64,000 bases of DNA, taken from the NCBI GenBank assembly GCA_035460225.1, contig DATHWX010000022.1, positions 42,250-106,249 of the forward strand, read 5' to 3'. Positions 28,358 to 36,914 of the stretch are shown here, one piece after another. The notes beneath the pieces were generated by a model. It did not search any database. It saw only the letters and a list, made by a program, of their open reading frames with translations, and was not told the origin of the DNA. Position 1 is the stretch's first letter, and every line of letters begins with the position of its first letter. Both the position numbers and the translations under genes were made by a program. This DNA comes from Methylotenera sp. Its GTDB lineage: Bacteria; Pseudomonadota; Gammaproteobacteria; Burkholderiales; Methylophilaceae.

Positions 28358-30130
28358 ATGGCTAATCCCTTAAAATTAATCGCATTATTGGGTTGTTTGA
28401 TTATTACGGCTTGTGCAAGTACCGGTAAGCAGCAACTTGCGTCTAACAAAGACTGGCCTAGTTTTGGCCGCGATTACACTAATCAGCGTTTGTCTCCATT
28501 AACACAAGTTAACCAGCAAAATGTAAAAGACTTACAGTTAGCTTGGCAATTCAAAAGCGGCATATCTGCCACTTTCCAAGCCACGCCGATTGTGACGAAT
28601 GGCGTGATGTATGTGTCTTTGCCATACAACAGCGTTGTAGCTTTAGATGCGAAGACTGGGAAAGAATTGTGGCGTTATAAGCATGAGCGCAGAGCCAATT
28701 GGAAGCTTTGCTGCGGTCCGACTAATCGTGGCGTAGCAGTTAGCAATGGCAAAGTGTTTATTGGTACCGTAGACGCCCGTCTGATCGCATTGAATGCAGA
28801 GAATGGCGCAAAGATTTGGGATATCGACGTAGCGGATGACACGGCCCTCAGCGAAAACACCAACTCACTGAATAAGTCAGATAGCAATAAAGAAGCTTAT
28901 GGTGGTACGGGCGTAGGCATTGCCATGGCACCGGTGGTCTATCACGGTAAAGTGCTGATAGGTGTAACTGGCGTTGGCTATGGCTTGCATTTGGATAAAC
29001 CAACAGCGGATGCACCTTTAGGCGCGGTGGTCGGCGTGGATGGCCGCTATGGTAGACCTGGCTTTTTAGCCGCTTTCGATGTGAATAGCGGTAAACGCAT
29101 ATGGCAATTCGATACGATTCCGGCCCAAGGCTGGGAAGGCATTTTTGCCCAAACGACTGATGATGGTATTTCTTTGCACCGCGATGTAGCTGCAGAAAAA
29201 GCGAGCCTTGCGGAAAACAAAGAAGCCTGGCGTTATGGCGGTGGCTCTGCCTGGAGTACACCGGCAATTGATGTCAAAACCAATACGCTTTATTTTGGCA
29301 CCGGTAATCCAAGCCCGCAGATGAACGACATTTCCCGTCCTGGCGATAATCTTTACACCGTTTCATTGGTCGCATTGGATACAGAAACCGGCAAGCTCAA
29401 ATGGTATTACCAGCAAGTTCCGCATGATTTATGGGGTTACGACTTAGCTAGCCCCCCGGTATTGTTTGATTATAAAAAAGATGGCAAAACAATCCCTGCT
29501 GTAGGCCAAGCCAGCAAAACCGGCTGGTTTTATGTGCATAACCGCAATACCGGCGAGCTAATCATCAAGTCTGATGCTTTCGTACCGCAAAAGAACCTGT
29601 TCGCGAAACCTACCAAGGAAGGCACAGTGCTTTATCCTGGCATACTAGGTGGCGCCAACTGGAGTCCAGCCGCTGTCGATGAAGCGAGCCAAACGAGCTT
29701 CGTCGCAGCCATTCATGCGCCTATCAATTACCGATTGGTGGACGAGCCGGCTAAAAATGATACACCGGCGATTCGTTATGCATCTTCCGAACCTACCAAA
29801 GATCCGCGTTGGGGCCTATTGTCTGCCATTAACCTGACAACCGGTAAAATGAACTGGCAGATAAAAACCGAGCAGCCATTGATAGGCGGCGTATTGGCTA
29901 CACGTGGCGATTTACTGTTTATGGGCGAGGGTAATGGTAACTTCAATGCTTACAACAGCAATACCGGCGATTTACTGTGGCAAGATAAGCTGGATGCTGG
30001 CGTAAATGCACCGCCTATCAGTTACGAGATTGATGGCGTGCAATATATTGCCGTAGCAGCGGGTGGTAACTCTATCTTCGGATATAAAACCGGTGATAGC
30101 GTTGTGGTGTATGCCTTAAGCAAAAAGTAA
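28358..30130 (+). CDS. PQQ-binding beta-propeller dehydrogenase (type I ADH-like lipoprotein) with an atypical active site
   Basis: Lipobox ITAC, WPSFGRD, repeated ALDAKTGKELW Trp-docking motifs, vicinal CCG..NRG, GTGNPSP, PHDLWGYD. Confidence 0.85.
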   Translation: MANPLKLIALLGCLIITACASTGKQQLASNKDWPSFGRDYTNQRLSPLTQVNQQNVKDLQLAWQFKSGISATFQATPIVTNGVMYVSLPYNSVVALDAKTGKELWRYKHERRANWKLCCGPTNRGVAVSNGKVFIGTVDARLIALNAENGAKIWDIDVADDTALSENTNSLNKSDSNKEAYGGTGVGIAMAPVVYHGKVLIGVTGVGYGLHLDKPTADAPLGAVVGVDGRYGRPGFLAAFDVNSGKRIWQFDTIPAQGWEGIFAQTTDDGISLHRDVAAEKASLAENKEAWRYGGGSAWSTPAIDVKTNTLYFGTGNPSPQMNDISRPGDNLYTVSLVALDTETGKLKWYYQQVPHDLWGYDLASPPVLFDYKKDGKTIPAVGQASKTGWFYVHNRNTGELIIKSDAFVPQKNLFAKPTKEGTVLYPGILGGANWSPAAVDEASQTSFVAAIHAPINYRLVDEPAKNDTPAIRYASSEPTKDPRWGLLSAINLTTGKMNWQIKTEQPLIGGVLATRGDLLFMGEGNGNFNAYNSNTGDLLWQDKLDAGVNAPPISYEIDGVQYIAVAAGGNSIFGYKTGDSVVVYALSKK

Positions 30131-30140
30131 TATTGAATCT

Positions 30141-30179
30141 GCAATAAAAAGCCCGCGTGTTGCGGGCTTTTTTTATTGC
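30141..30179. terminator. Bidirectional intrinsic terminator
   Basis: gcaataaaaaGCCCGC gtgtt GCGGGCtttttttattgc between convergent genes. Confidence 0.9.
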
Positions 30180-30204
30180 TGGTCTTTTATTGTGGATGAG
30201 TGTG

Positions 30205-30459
30205 CTAACGATGCTGTATTTTGAGCATGAGCACAGTAGAAGCTAGAACCAATGTAACGCCATTGGCAATGATAACCGGCCAGCTGGTGATCATTAACCC
30301 ATAGGCAAACCAGAAGGCCACTCCTAAGCTGAACAGGCTATACATGGGCAAGGAGATTCCAGAAAGATCTCGCGTCTTCCATGAATGTAATGCTTGCGGC
30401 AGAAAGGCAATCGTAGTGAGTACTGCAGCGATACTGCCGATGATGTTGGGATTGAGCAT
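30205..30459 (-). CDS. SemiSWEET (PQ-loop) transporter
   Basis: 84 aa, 3 TM helices, LTTIAFLPQ, W..YG, WPVIIAN. Confidence 0.88.
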   Translation of the reverse strand: MLNPNIIGSIAAVLTTIAFLPQALHSWKTRDLSGISLPMYSLFSLGVAFWFAYGLMITSWPVIIANGVTLVLASTVLMLKIQHR

Positions 30460-30474
30460 AGTAATTGGAGGCCG

Positions 30475-31407
30475 TTATTTCTGCGTGAAACGTTTTTTTA
30501 TATTGGTTACGAGGGTCACCAGAATTAAAGCAGCGATACCAGCCAAAACACCGAATATTCCGTTGATGATTGCCGGTAGTAGGGCGGACAGGAAGCCTAA
30601 AGTAATTCCAGCAGAAATGTGTTCTATCCAGTGATGAAAAGCTGGAATGCCATGCGTAAGGATCGCGCCACCTACTAAAAACATCGCAATGGTGCCTACA
30701 ACGGATAACGTTTTCATCATATATGGAGCAAATGCCAGAATCGCAAATCCTAGCTTGCGCGTCAGCACATTGAACGCACTGTTACCTTTGTTTTGTGTAA
30801 GGTAAAGACCTGCATCATCTAGCTTAACGATACCTGCTACTAAGCCATAAACGCCTATCGTCATGATGACCGCAATGCCAAACAATACTACGACTTGTTG
30901 AGTAAAAGCGGCTGTAGCAACGGTACCTAATGTAATCACGATGATTTCTGCAGAGAGTACAAAGTCGGTACGCACCGCGCCTGCGATCTTTTCTTTTTCG
31001 GATGTTTCTACTGTGAGGCTTTCATCCTTGCCGACGAGGTCTTTAGGCTCATGACGATTGATTTCTTCACGATGAAGGTATTTATGGAAAAGCTTTTCTA
31101 CGCCTTCGTAGCATAAAAACAAACCGCCGAGCATGAGCAAGGGAATAATCGCCCATGGCGCGAAGGCGCTAATAAGTAGGGCTGTAGGCACAAGAATCAG
31201 TTTGTTGAGTGCAGAGCCTTTTGCTACCGCCCACACCACTGGTAACTCACGGTCAGCATTTACTCCGCTGACTTGCTGTGCATTCAATGCCAGGTCATCT
31301 CCCAAAACACCTGCGGTTTTTTTTGCTGCTACTTTGGTTAATACTGAAACATCATCCAAAATCGTCGCGATATCATCTATAAGGGTTAAGAGGCTGGCAC
31401 CGGCCAT
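30475..31407 (-). CDS. DUF808 / YedI family inner-membrane protein
   Basis: LLTLIDDIA..LDDV, KKTAGVLGDDLALNAQQV, RTDFVLSAEI. Confidence 0.9.
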   Translation of the reverse strand: MAGASLLTLIDDIATILDDVSVLTKVAAKKTAGVLGDDLALNAQQVSGVNADRELPVVWAVAKGSALNKLILVPTALLISAFAPWAIIPLLMLGGLFLCYEGVEKLFHKYLHREEINRHEPKDLVGKDESLTVETSEKEKIAGAVRTDFVLSAEIIVITLGTVATAAFTQQVVVLFGIAVIMTIGVYGLVAGIVKLDDAGLYLTQNKGNSAFNVLTRKLGFAILAFAPYMMKTLSVVGTIAMFLVGGAILTHGIPAFHHWIEHISAGITLGFLSALLPAIINGIFGVLAGIAALILVTLVTNIKKRFTQK

Positions 31408-31512
31408 AGTGTGTCCTGAGGTTAACGGAAGTTGCCAAAATTATAGCTGAACATCGCATACAACCTTATCCTTTTGTAGAGTTTCCAAAATTTAATCAAA
31501 TTAATCACCCAA

Positions 31513-31552
31513 TATAGGAATATTCCTACAAAGAAATAGGCTTACTTTCGAT
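31513..31552 (+). promoter_or_regulatory. Tandem palindromic boxes upstream of csbD
   Basis: TATAGG-AATATT-CCTACA (31513-31530, containing the perfect palindrome TAGGAATATTCCTA); second left half-site AATAGG 22 bp later. Confidence 0.65.
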
Positions 31553-31617
31553 ACGTAAAAACGCTGAGTTATGAGGTAATTGTGGAAAACTAAATCTGTT
31601 ATTTTAGGGAGATGCAA

Positions 31618-31821
31618 ATGAATCTGTATCAGATCGTTGGTAATTGGAATCAACTTAAAGGCGCAGTTCGTGAAGAATGGGGGACAATTACACATAATCA
31701 ATTTAATGTGATTATGGGTAAACGCGACCAATCAATCGGTAAACTCCAATCGGAATACGGTATTACTAAAGCCCAAGCAGAACGCCAGTTATATGGCTGG
31801 TCATCCAGGAATTATTATTAA
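31618..31821 (+). CDS. CsbD/YjbJ-family general stress protein
   Basis: GNWNQLKGAVREEWG...GKLQSEYGITKAQAE; agggag RBS favours the ATG at 31618. Confidence 0.88.
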   Translation: MNLYQIVGNWNQLKGAVREEWGTITHNQFNVIMGKRDQSIGKLQSEYGITKAQAERQLYGWSSRNYY

Positions 31822-31853
31822 TTCAAAGTTATCCTTAATTTCGAAGCTATTTG

Positions 31854-32177
31854 ATGATGAATTGGAATGATGTTGCGGGTGATTGGGCGGAATATAGCAA
31901 AAAAGCCCATAGTAACTGGAACAAACTTTCGCTGGAACAAGTGCAAAAAACTGACGGCAGCCGTGATGCATTGTCCAAACTTATCCAGGCTGGCTACCAA
32001 TGTAATACGCAAGAAGCTGAAAGCCAAATTGATGATTGGCTAAATAATCTCATGGGCCACACCCAAACGTACGATGAAAGTATTGATGAAAAATTAAAAG
32101 AAAATCAGGATACTGCAGAAACTATCGAAGAGCAGAATGAAGTAATGGGTTCGCCTTACCATAGAGGAATCTATTGA
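31854..32177 (+). CDS. CsbD-like protein with an acidic C-terminal extension
   Basis: MNWNDVAGDW...WNKLS...IQAGY...AESQIDDW matches the CsbD pattern. Confidence 0.75.
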   Translation: MMNWNDVAGDWAEYSKKAHSNWNKLSLEQVQKTDGSRDALSKLIQAGYQCNTQEAESQIDDWLNNLMGHTQTYDESIDEKLKENQDTAETIEEQNEVMGSPYHRGIY

Positions 32178-32193
32178 GTGAATAGTTATTGGT

Positions 32194-32232
32194 AAATAAA
32201 AAGGCCACACTCTTTGTCTGGCCTTTTTATTT
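32194..32232. terminator. Bidirectional intrinsic terminator
   Basis: aaataaaaaGGCCA-N11-TGGCCtttttattt between convergent genes. Confidence 0.8.
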
Positions 32233-32247
32233 TATGTAATTACTTTA

Positions 32248-33138
32248 CTAATGACGTTGATCAAGACCATAGATACGGCCTGTCGCGCCAGGGTCATATA
32301 GAGCGCCTTCAGGATTGTATGGCGTTCCTTCATGTTGCTGGCGGCTTACTTGTTTAGCCGCAATCTTATCAGCGAGGCTAGGCAATACTTTGGATAAGAT
32401 GCTATTCATCACGGCCATGCCACCGATTCGCACGTCTCGGCCACCTTCTTCAGCGGCTTTCAATATCGCTTCTGCCACCTGTTGCGGATCTATCATAGGC
32501 GTCGGTAGTTTAGGTTCTTTATCCATGTAGTTTCTTGCGTGTTCTGGATAAGGCGTATCTACGGCCGTAGGTTGGATTAAAGTGATCGTTAGGTCAGAGT
32601 CATCTATGTTTTCCACTTCTACCCGTAGTGCATCAGTAAAGCCTTTAACTGCATGTTTGGATGCGCTATACATGCCTTGTAACGGGATGACAGCATCAGA
32701 TACTTCAGAGCCTACATTGATAAGTGCACCACCTGATTCTCTTAGATAAGGTAAAGCTGCCAGAGAACCATTCACTACACCCCAGAAGTTCGTATCGAAC
32801 AATTTACGGCTGTCTTGCTCACTCACTTCATCCAAACGGCCATAGATTGAAACGCCTGCGTCGTTCACCCAGGTATCGATCCTGCCGTATGTGCCAATAG
32901 CCGCATCGGCAATAGCATCGACTTGGTCACGGATGCCCACGTCAGCGACTACGGAAATCGCTTGACCATCCATGAATTCGATTTCATCTACAATGTTATC
33001 CAATATTTCCTGGCTGCGCGCTGCCAAGACCAGTTTTGCACCTCGCTCAGCCGCCAGCAATGCGGTACACAAGCCAATACCGCTGGAAGCACCGGTAATC
33101 ACGATGACTTGCTCAGATAAGTTTTTATGCGTTGCCAT
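32248..33138 (-). CDS. SDR family oxidoreductase
   Basis: ITGASSGIG, DTWVNDAG, YSASKH (YxxxK). Confidence 0.92.
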   Translation of the reverse strand: MATHKNLSEQVIVITGASSGIGLCTALLAAERGAKLVLAARSQEILDNIVDEIEFMDGQAISVVADVGIRDQVDAIADAAIGTYGRIDTWVNDAGVSIYGRLDEVSEQDSRKLFDTNFWGVVNGSLAALPYLRESGGALINVGSEVSDAVIPLQGMYSASKHAVKGFTDALRVEVENIDDSDLTITLIQPTAVDTPYPEHARNYMDKEPKLPTPMIDPQQVAEAILKAAEEGGRDVRIGGMAVMNSILSKVLPSLADKIAAKQVSRQQHEGTPYNPEGALYDPGATGRIYGLDQRH

Positions 33139-33169
33139 GATGTTTTCCTTTCATGAAAAATGACATGAC

Positions 33170-33236
33170 ACTCTATTTTTCTGTGGGTTAGTCAACAATC
33201 GGCTGATTCTTAAAAAGCTGTAAGAATTATTTGCTT
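33170..33236 (-). promoter_or_regulatory. Tandem boxes plus -10 element upstream of the SDR gene
   Basis: AATCGG-N6-CTTAAA (33197-33214) and TGTAAG-N6 (33219-33236) are 22 bp apart; TAGAGT on the minus strand (33175-33170) lies 21 nt downstream. Confidence 0.55.
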
Positions 33237-33262
33237 TTAGACTTTCGTGTATGTTTACAAAT

Positions 33263-33291
33263 AAAAAGGGCCTGCGAACAGGCCCTTTTTT
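33263..33291 (-). terminator. Intrinsic terminator downstream of fpr
   Basis: aaaaaGGGCCTG cgaa CAGGCCCtttttt. Confidence 0.9.
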
Positions 33292-33308
33292 AATTGATTC
33301 TAGTGACT

Positions 33309-34085
33309 TTATTTTTCTACGAAAGCACGCTCGATCACGTAATCACCTGGTTCACCGATGCGTGGCGAGACTTGGAAACCTCTATCATCCAGCAGCTTAG
33401 CAGTGTCATCCAGCATACGTTGACTACCGCATAACATGGCGCGGTCATTCGCCGGATCCAATGGCGGCAAGCCGATATCTTCGAATAATTTACCGGAATT
33501 GATCAAATCAGTCAGGCGGCCCTGGTTACGGAAAGGCTCGCGTGTCACAGTTGGGTAATAGATTAACTTGTTACGTACTTCTTCCCCGAAGAACTCGTTG
33601 TTCGGTAACTCTTTTTCGATGAAATCCTGGTAAGCCAAATCGCTCACATGACGCACGCCATGTATCAACACGATTTTTTCAAAGCGGTCATAGGCTTCAA
33701 TATCCTGGATCACGCTCATAAATGCCGCCAGACCTGTGCCGGTCGAAAGCAGGTATAAGTTCTTAGCTGGTTTCAAATCATGAATGATCAAAGTGCCAGT
33801 CGGTTTGCGGCCTACCAAAATATCGTCGCCCACTTTTAAATGCTGCAAGCGTGAGGTGAGCGGGCCATTCGGAACCTTGATACTGAAAAACTCTAAAGTT
33901 TCTTCGTAGTTCGGGCTGGCGATACTGTATGCGCGCGCCAAAGGGCGGCCTTCAACTTCCAGGCCGATCATGACGAACTGGCCGTTTTCAAAACGCAAAC
34001 CAGGGTCGCGCGTGGTTTTGAAACTGAATAGCGTTTCATTCCAATGATGAACGCTCAATACGCGTTCGGTAGAGTATTTGCTCAT
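33309..34085 (-). CDS. fpr: Ferredoxin--NADP(+) reductase, subclass I
   Basis: RAYSIAS, GPLTSRL, STGTGLA, YYPTVTRE, MLCGS, ERAFVEK C-terminus. Confidence 0.95.
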   Translation of the reverse strand: MSKYSTERVLSVHHWNETLFSFKTTRDPGLRFENGQFVMIGLEVEGRPLARAYSIASPNYEETLEFFSIKVPNGPLTSRLQHLKVGDDILVGRKPTGTLIIHDLKPAKNLYLLSTGTGLAAFMSVIQDIEAYDRFEKIVLIHGVRHVSDLAYQDFIEKELPNNEFFGEEVRNKLIYYPTVTREPFRNQGRLTDLINSGKLFEDIGLPPLDPANDRAMLCGSQRMLDDTAKLLDDRGFQVSPRIGEPGDYVIERAFVEK

Positions 34086-34115
34086 AAGTTATTTTCTATT
34101 AAATCTGCTGTTGAA

Positions 34116-35045
34116 TTAATTAAGCGCGGCCGTCAGGGTAGGTACCGCCTGGAACAGGTCTGCCACTAAACCGTAATCGGCAACCTGGAAAATTGGCGCA
34201 TCGGGGTCTTGGTTAATCGCGACCACGATTTTACTATCTTTCATGCCATATGTGTGCTGAACCGCACCGGAAACGCCGACGGCGATATAAAGCTCAGGTG
34301 CTACCACCACACCGGTTTGGCCTACTTGAATGTCATTCGGCGCATATCCTGCATCAACCGCTGCACGGGTTGCTCCAAGAGCCGCACCCAGCTTGGCTGC
34401 CAGAGGCGCCAATACTTCTTCGAATTTCTCGGCACTGCCTAATGACCTGCCACCGGATACCACGATTTTGGCCGAACTCAATGCAGGGCGGTCTGACAGG
34501 TTATGTGTTTCCGATATCCAACGGGTTTTAGTAAATGGCGCAGGCGCATCGATATTAATTATTTCTGCAGAGCCGCCCAAACTGGCTGCAGCAAAACTGC
34601 TGCCATGGATCGTCAGGATCTGCACGCTGTCAGTGCTTTGGACCAGATTATGCACATTACCGGCGTAGCCAGAACGTGTATAAGTATTGTCTGCCTGAAT
34701 GGTCAATGCGTCAGAGATCATCGCAACATCCAATAGGGCACTTACGCGCGGCAAGATATTACGGCTAAACGAAGAGTGCGCTGCAAGGATGACCTGGTAA
34801 TCACCAGCGATAGACAAGATCAGATTTGCTACATCTTCTGCCAATGGATGCGCTAGATGTGCTGCATTCGCGTGAAGCACACGATTGACACCGCTAATGG
34901 ATGCTGCAGCCTGGACGATGCTGTCGTTGCCGCCAGCAACTAATAAATCGATTGGTGCTCGCCAGAATTGCGCTGCAGTCACCGCTTGTTGTACTGCCGG
35001 GCTTAATTGCTTGCCGTTATGTTCGGCTATTATTAATGTTTTCAT
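34116..35045 (-). CDS. etfA: Electron transfer flavoprotein alpha subunit
   Basis: VVSGGRSLG, ATRAAVDAG, QVGQTG, GVSGAVQH, AINQDPDAPIF. Confidence 0.95.
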   Translation of the reverse strand: MKTLIIAEHNGKQLSPAVQQAVTAAQFWRAPIDLLVAGGNDSIVQAAASISGVNRVLHANAAHLAHPLAEDVANLILSIAGDYQVILAAHSSFSRNILPRVSALLDVAMISDALTIQADNTYTRSGYAGNVHNLVQSTDSVQILTIHGSSFAAASLGGSAEIINIDAPAPFTKTRWISETHNLSDRPALSSAKIVVSGGRSLGSAEKFEEVLAPLAAKLGAALGATRAAVDAGYAPNDIQVGQTGVVVAPELYIAVGVSGAVQHTYGMKDSKIVVAINQDPDAPIFQVADYGLVADLFQAVPTLTAALN

Positions 35046-35794
35046 AGTGTTATACCTTCTTCAGCACGCAGTTTGCTCAATAGTTCTTCTACGCTGTTCA
35101 CGCGTATACCTGGCTTCCTCGCAGGTGGTTCATTGACTTTTAACAGTTTCAGGCGTGGTTCGAGTTGAATGCCTAATTCATCTGCATTGATAGTTTCGAT
35201 GGGTTTTTTGCGGGCCATCATAAGGTTAGGCAATTTGACGAAACGTGGTTCGTTCAAGCGCAAGTCTGCGGTAATCACAGCAGGTAAATCCATGGATAAT
35301 GTTTCTGTTCCGCCATCGACTTCACGCGTTACGGTGACTTCATTGCCTTCAACCTTAACAGATGAAGCAAAAGTGGCTTGCGGGTAATTTAAAAGACCTG
35401 CCAGCATTTGGCCCATTTGTCCGGCATCGTCGTCAATAGATTGCTTACCTAACAGGATAATATTCGGCTGTTCGCGCTCAACCACGGCTTTGAGCAACTT
35501 AGCTACGCTTAATGATTGTAGTTTAGCGGTACTTTCAACCAAAATCGCACGATCAGCACCCATGGCTAATGCATGTCTTAATACATCCTGGTTGACTTGT
35601 GTGCCAAAAGAAACGGCCACCACTTCAGTAGCTTTGCCTTGTTCTTTCAAACGCAGCGCTTCTTCAATGGCGTTCTCATCGAAGGGATTGACACCCATTT
35701 TTACGCCATCGATATCGACATCAGAACCATCGGGTTTAACTCGGACTTTGATGTTGTAATCAACAACCCGTTTAACCGCTACCAATATTTTCAT
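35042..35794 (-). CDS. etfB: Electron transfer flavoprotein beta subunit
   Basis: MKILVAVKRVVD, NPFDE.A.EEA, GKQSIDDD, REVDGG, LNEPR. Start at Met21 of the ORF. Confidence 0.95.
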   Translation of the reverse strand: MKILVAVKRVVDYNIKVRVKPDGSDVDIDGVKMGVNPFDENAIEEALRLKEQGKATEVVAVSFGTQVNQDVLRHALAMGADRAILVESTAKLQSLSVAKLLKAVVEREQPNIILLGKQSIDDDAGQMGQMLAGLLNYPQATFASSVKVEGNEVTVTREVDGGTETLSMDLPAVITADLRLNEPRFVKLPNLMMARKKPIETINADELGIQLEPRLKLLKVNEPPARKPGIRVNSVEELLSKLRAEEGITL

Positions 35795-35885
35795 TATTGC
35801 TTCCTCTGCAATTGCTATTTCCTCAATTGCCGCGTATTTTATAGTAAAGTACAATATATGTTAAATGGATTATAAAGATAATATA

Positions 35886-35902
35886 TATCTATTTGGCGGA
35901 TG
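35886..35902. promoter_or_regulatory. Possible LysR (FinR-type) operator, ATC-N9-GAT dyad containing T-N11-A
   Basis: tATCtatttggcgGATg in the divergent etfB/LysR intergenic region. Confidence 0.35.
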
Positions 35903-35947
35903 CATTCTGCACCCTTTATAGGTTGAAGTGATAGTTAGAATCCATAT

Positions 35948-36874
35948 ATGAAATATAGTTTGAGACAACTCGAGATATTTGTGGCTATCAGCCGCACCGC
36001 CAGTGTATCCCGGGCTGCCGAAGACCTCTCATTATCCCAATCCGCAACCAGTACCGCATTAGGCGAATTCGAAAAACAATTCGATTTGCAGTTATTCGAC
36101 CGCGTTGGGAAATCTTTACGCATCAACGAGACTGGCCAGCAATTACTTCCTCGTGCAGTGGAATTGATCGATCGGGCAAAAGAGATTGAAGCCATGCTGC
36201 AGGGCCATATCAGCTTCGGCCACATGAAAATCGGTGCAACGCTTACGGTCGGTAATTATCTCGCGACGATATTAGTAGCGCGATTTTTACAGGAGCATCC
36301 CGAAAGCCGTATTCAACTGCAGGTACACAATACCGCTAGTGTTGTACAAAAAATCGCTAACCATGAATTGGATTTGGGCTTGATCGAAGGGGATTGCCAT
36401 CACCCGGATATCGAAGTGCAGCCATGGATTGCTGATGAATTGGTAGTGTTTACTGCGCCAGGCCATCCATTGGCGAAGTTGGCAAAAGTTTCGATTGAAC
36501 AGCTATTACATGAACCATGGATCGTACGAGAAAAAGGCTCTGGCACGCGAGAGACTTTTGATAGGGCTTTTCATGGCTATAATGCGGCACTTAATATCCG
36601 GCTGGAGCTCGAACATACGGAAGCGATCAAACGCGCGGTAGAATCTGGCTTAGGCATAGGTTGTATATCACGCTTAGCGCTTAAAGATGCCTTCCGCAGG
36701 GGCAGCTTAGTACCGCTTTCAACACCTAAGTTGGAGTTAGGCAGGTTCTTTTATTTCTTATGGCATAAACAGAAATACCAGACCGCAGGTATACGCGAGT
36801 TTTTGATCTTGTGCCGTGAACTTACAGCAGGTATTAAAAGAAGTGATTTGGTAAACTTGCCGGAAATAGCCTAA
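35948..36874 (+). CDS. finR: LysR regulator, FinR/YeiE-like
   Basis: MKYSLRQLEIF..., LSQSATS HTH, REKGSGTR, LEHTEAIKRAVESGLG; divergent from the operon that ends in fpr. Confidence 0.75.
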   Translation: MKYSLRQLEIFVAISRTASVSRAAEDLSLSQSATSTALGEFEKQFDLQLFDRVGKSLRINETGQQLLPRAVELIDRAKEIEAMLQGHISFGHMKIGATLTVGNYLATILVARFLQEHPESRIQLQVHNTASVVQKIANHELDLGLIEGDCHHPDIEVQPWIADELVVFTAPGHPLAKLAKVSIEQLLHEPWIVREKGSGTRETFDRAFHGYNAALNIRLELEHTEAIKRAVESGLGIGCISRLALKDAFRRGSLVPLSTPKLELGRFFYFLWHKQKYQTAGIREFLILCRELTAGIKRSDLVNLPEIA

Positions 36875-36914
36875 AGTTTGGTTAAATCGCTAAAAGTAAA
36901 ATCGTTAGAGGAAA

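Noticed and set aside
28358-30130. Calling the PQQ protein XoxF/MxaF methanol dehydrogenase
   Set aside because: Active-site motifs differ (WGYD, no canonical Glu) and there are no xoxG/xoxJ or mxa neighbours.
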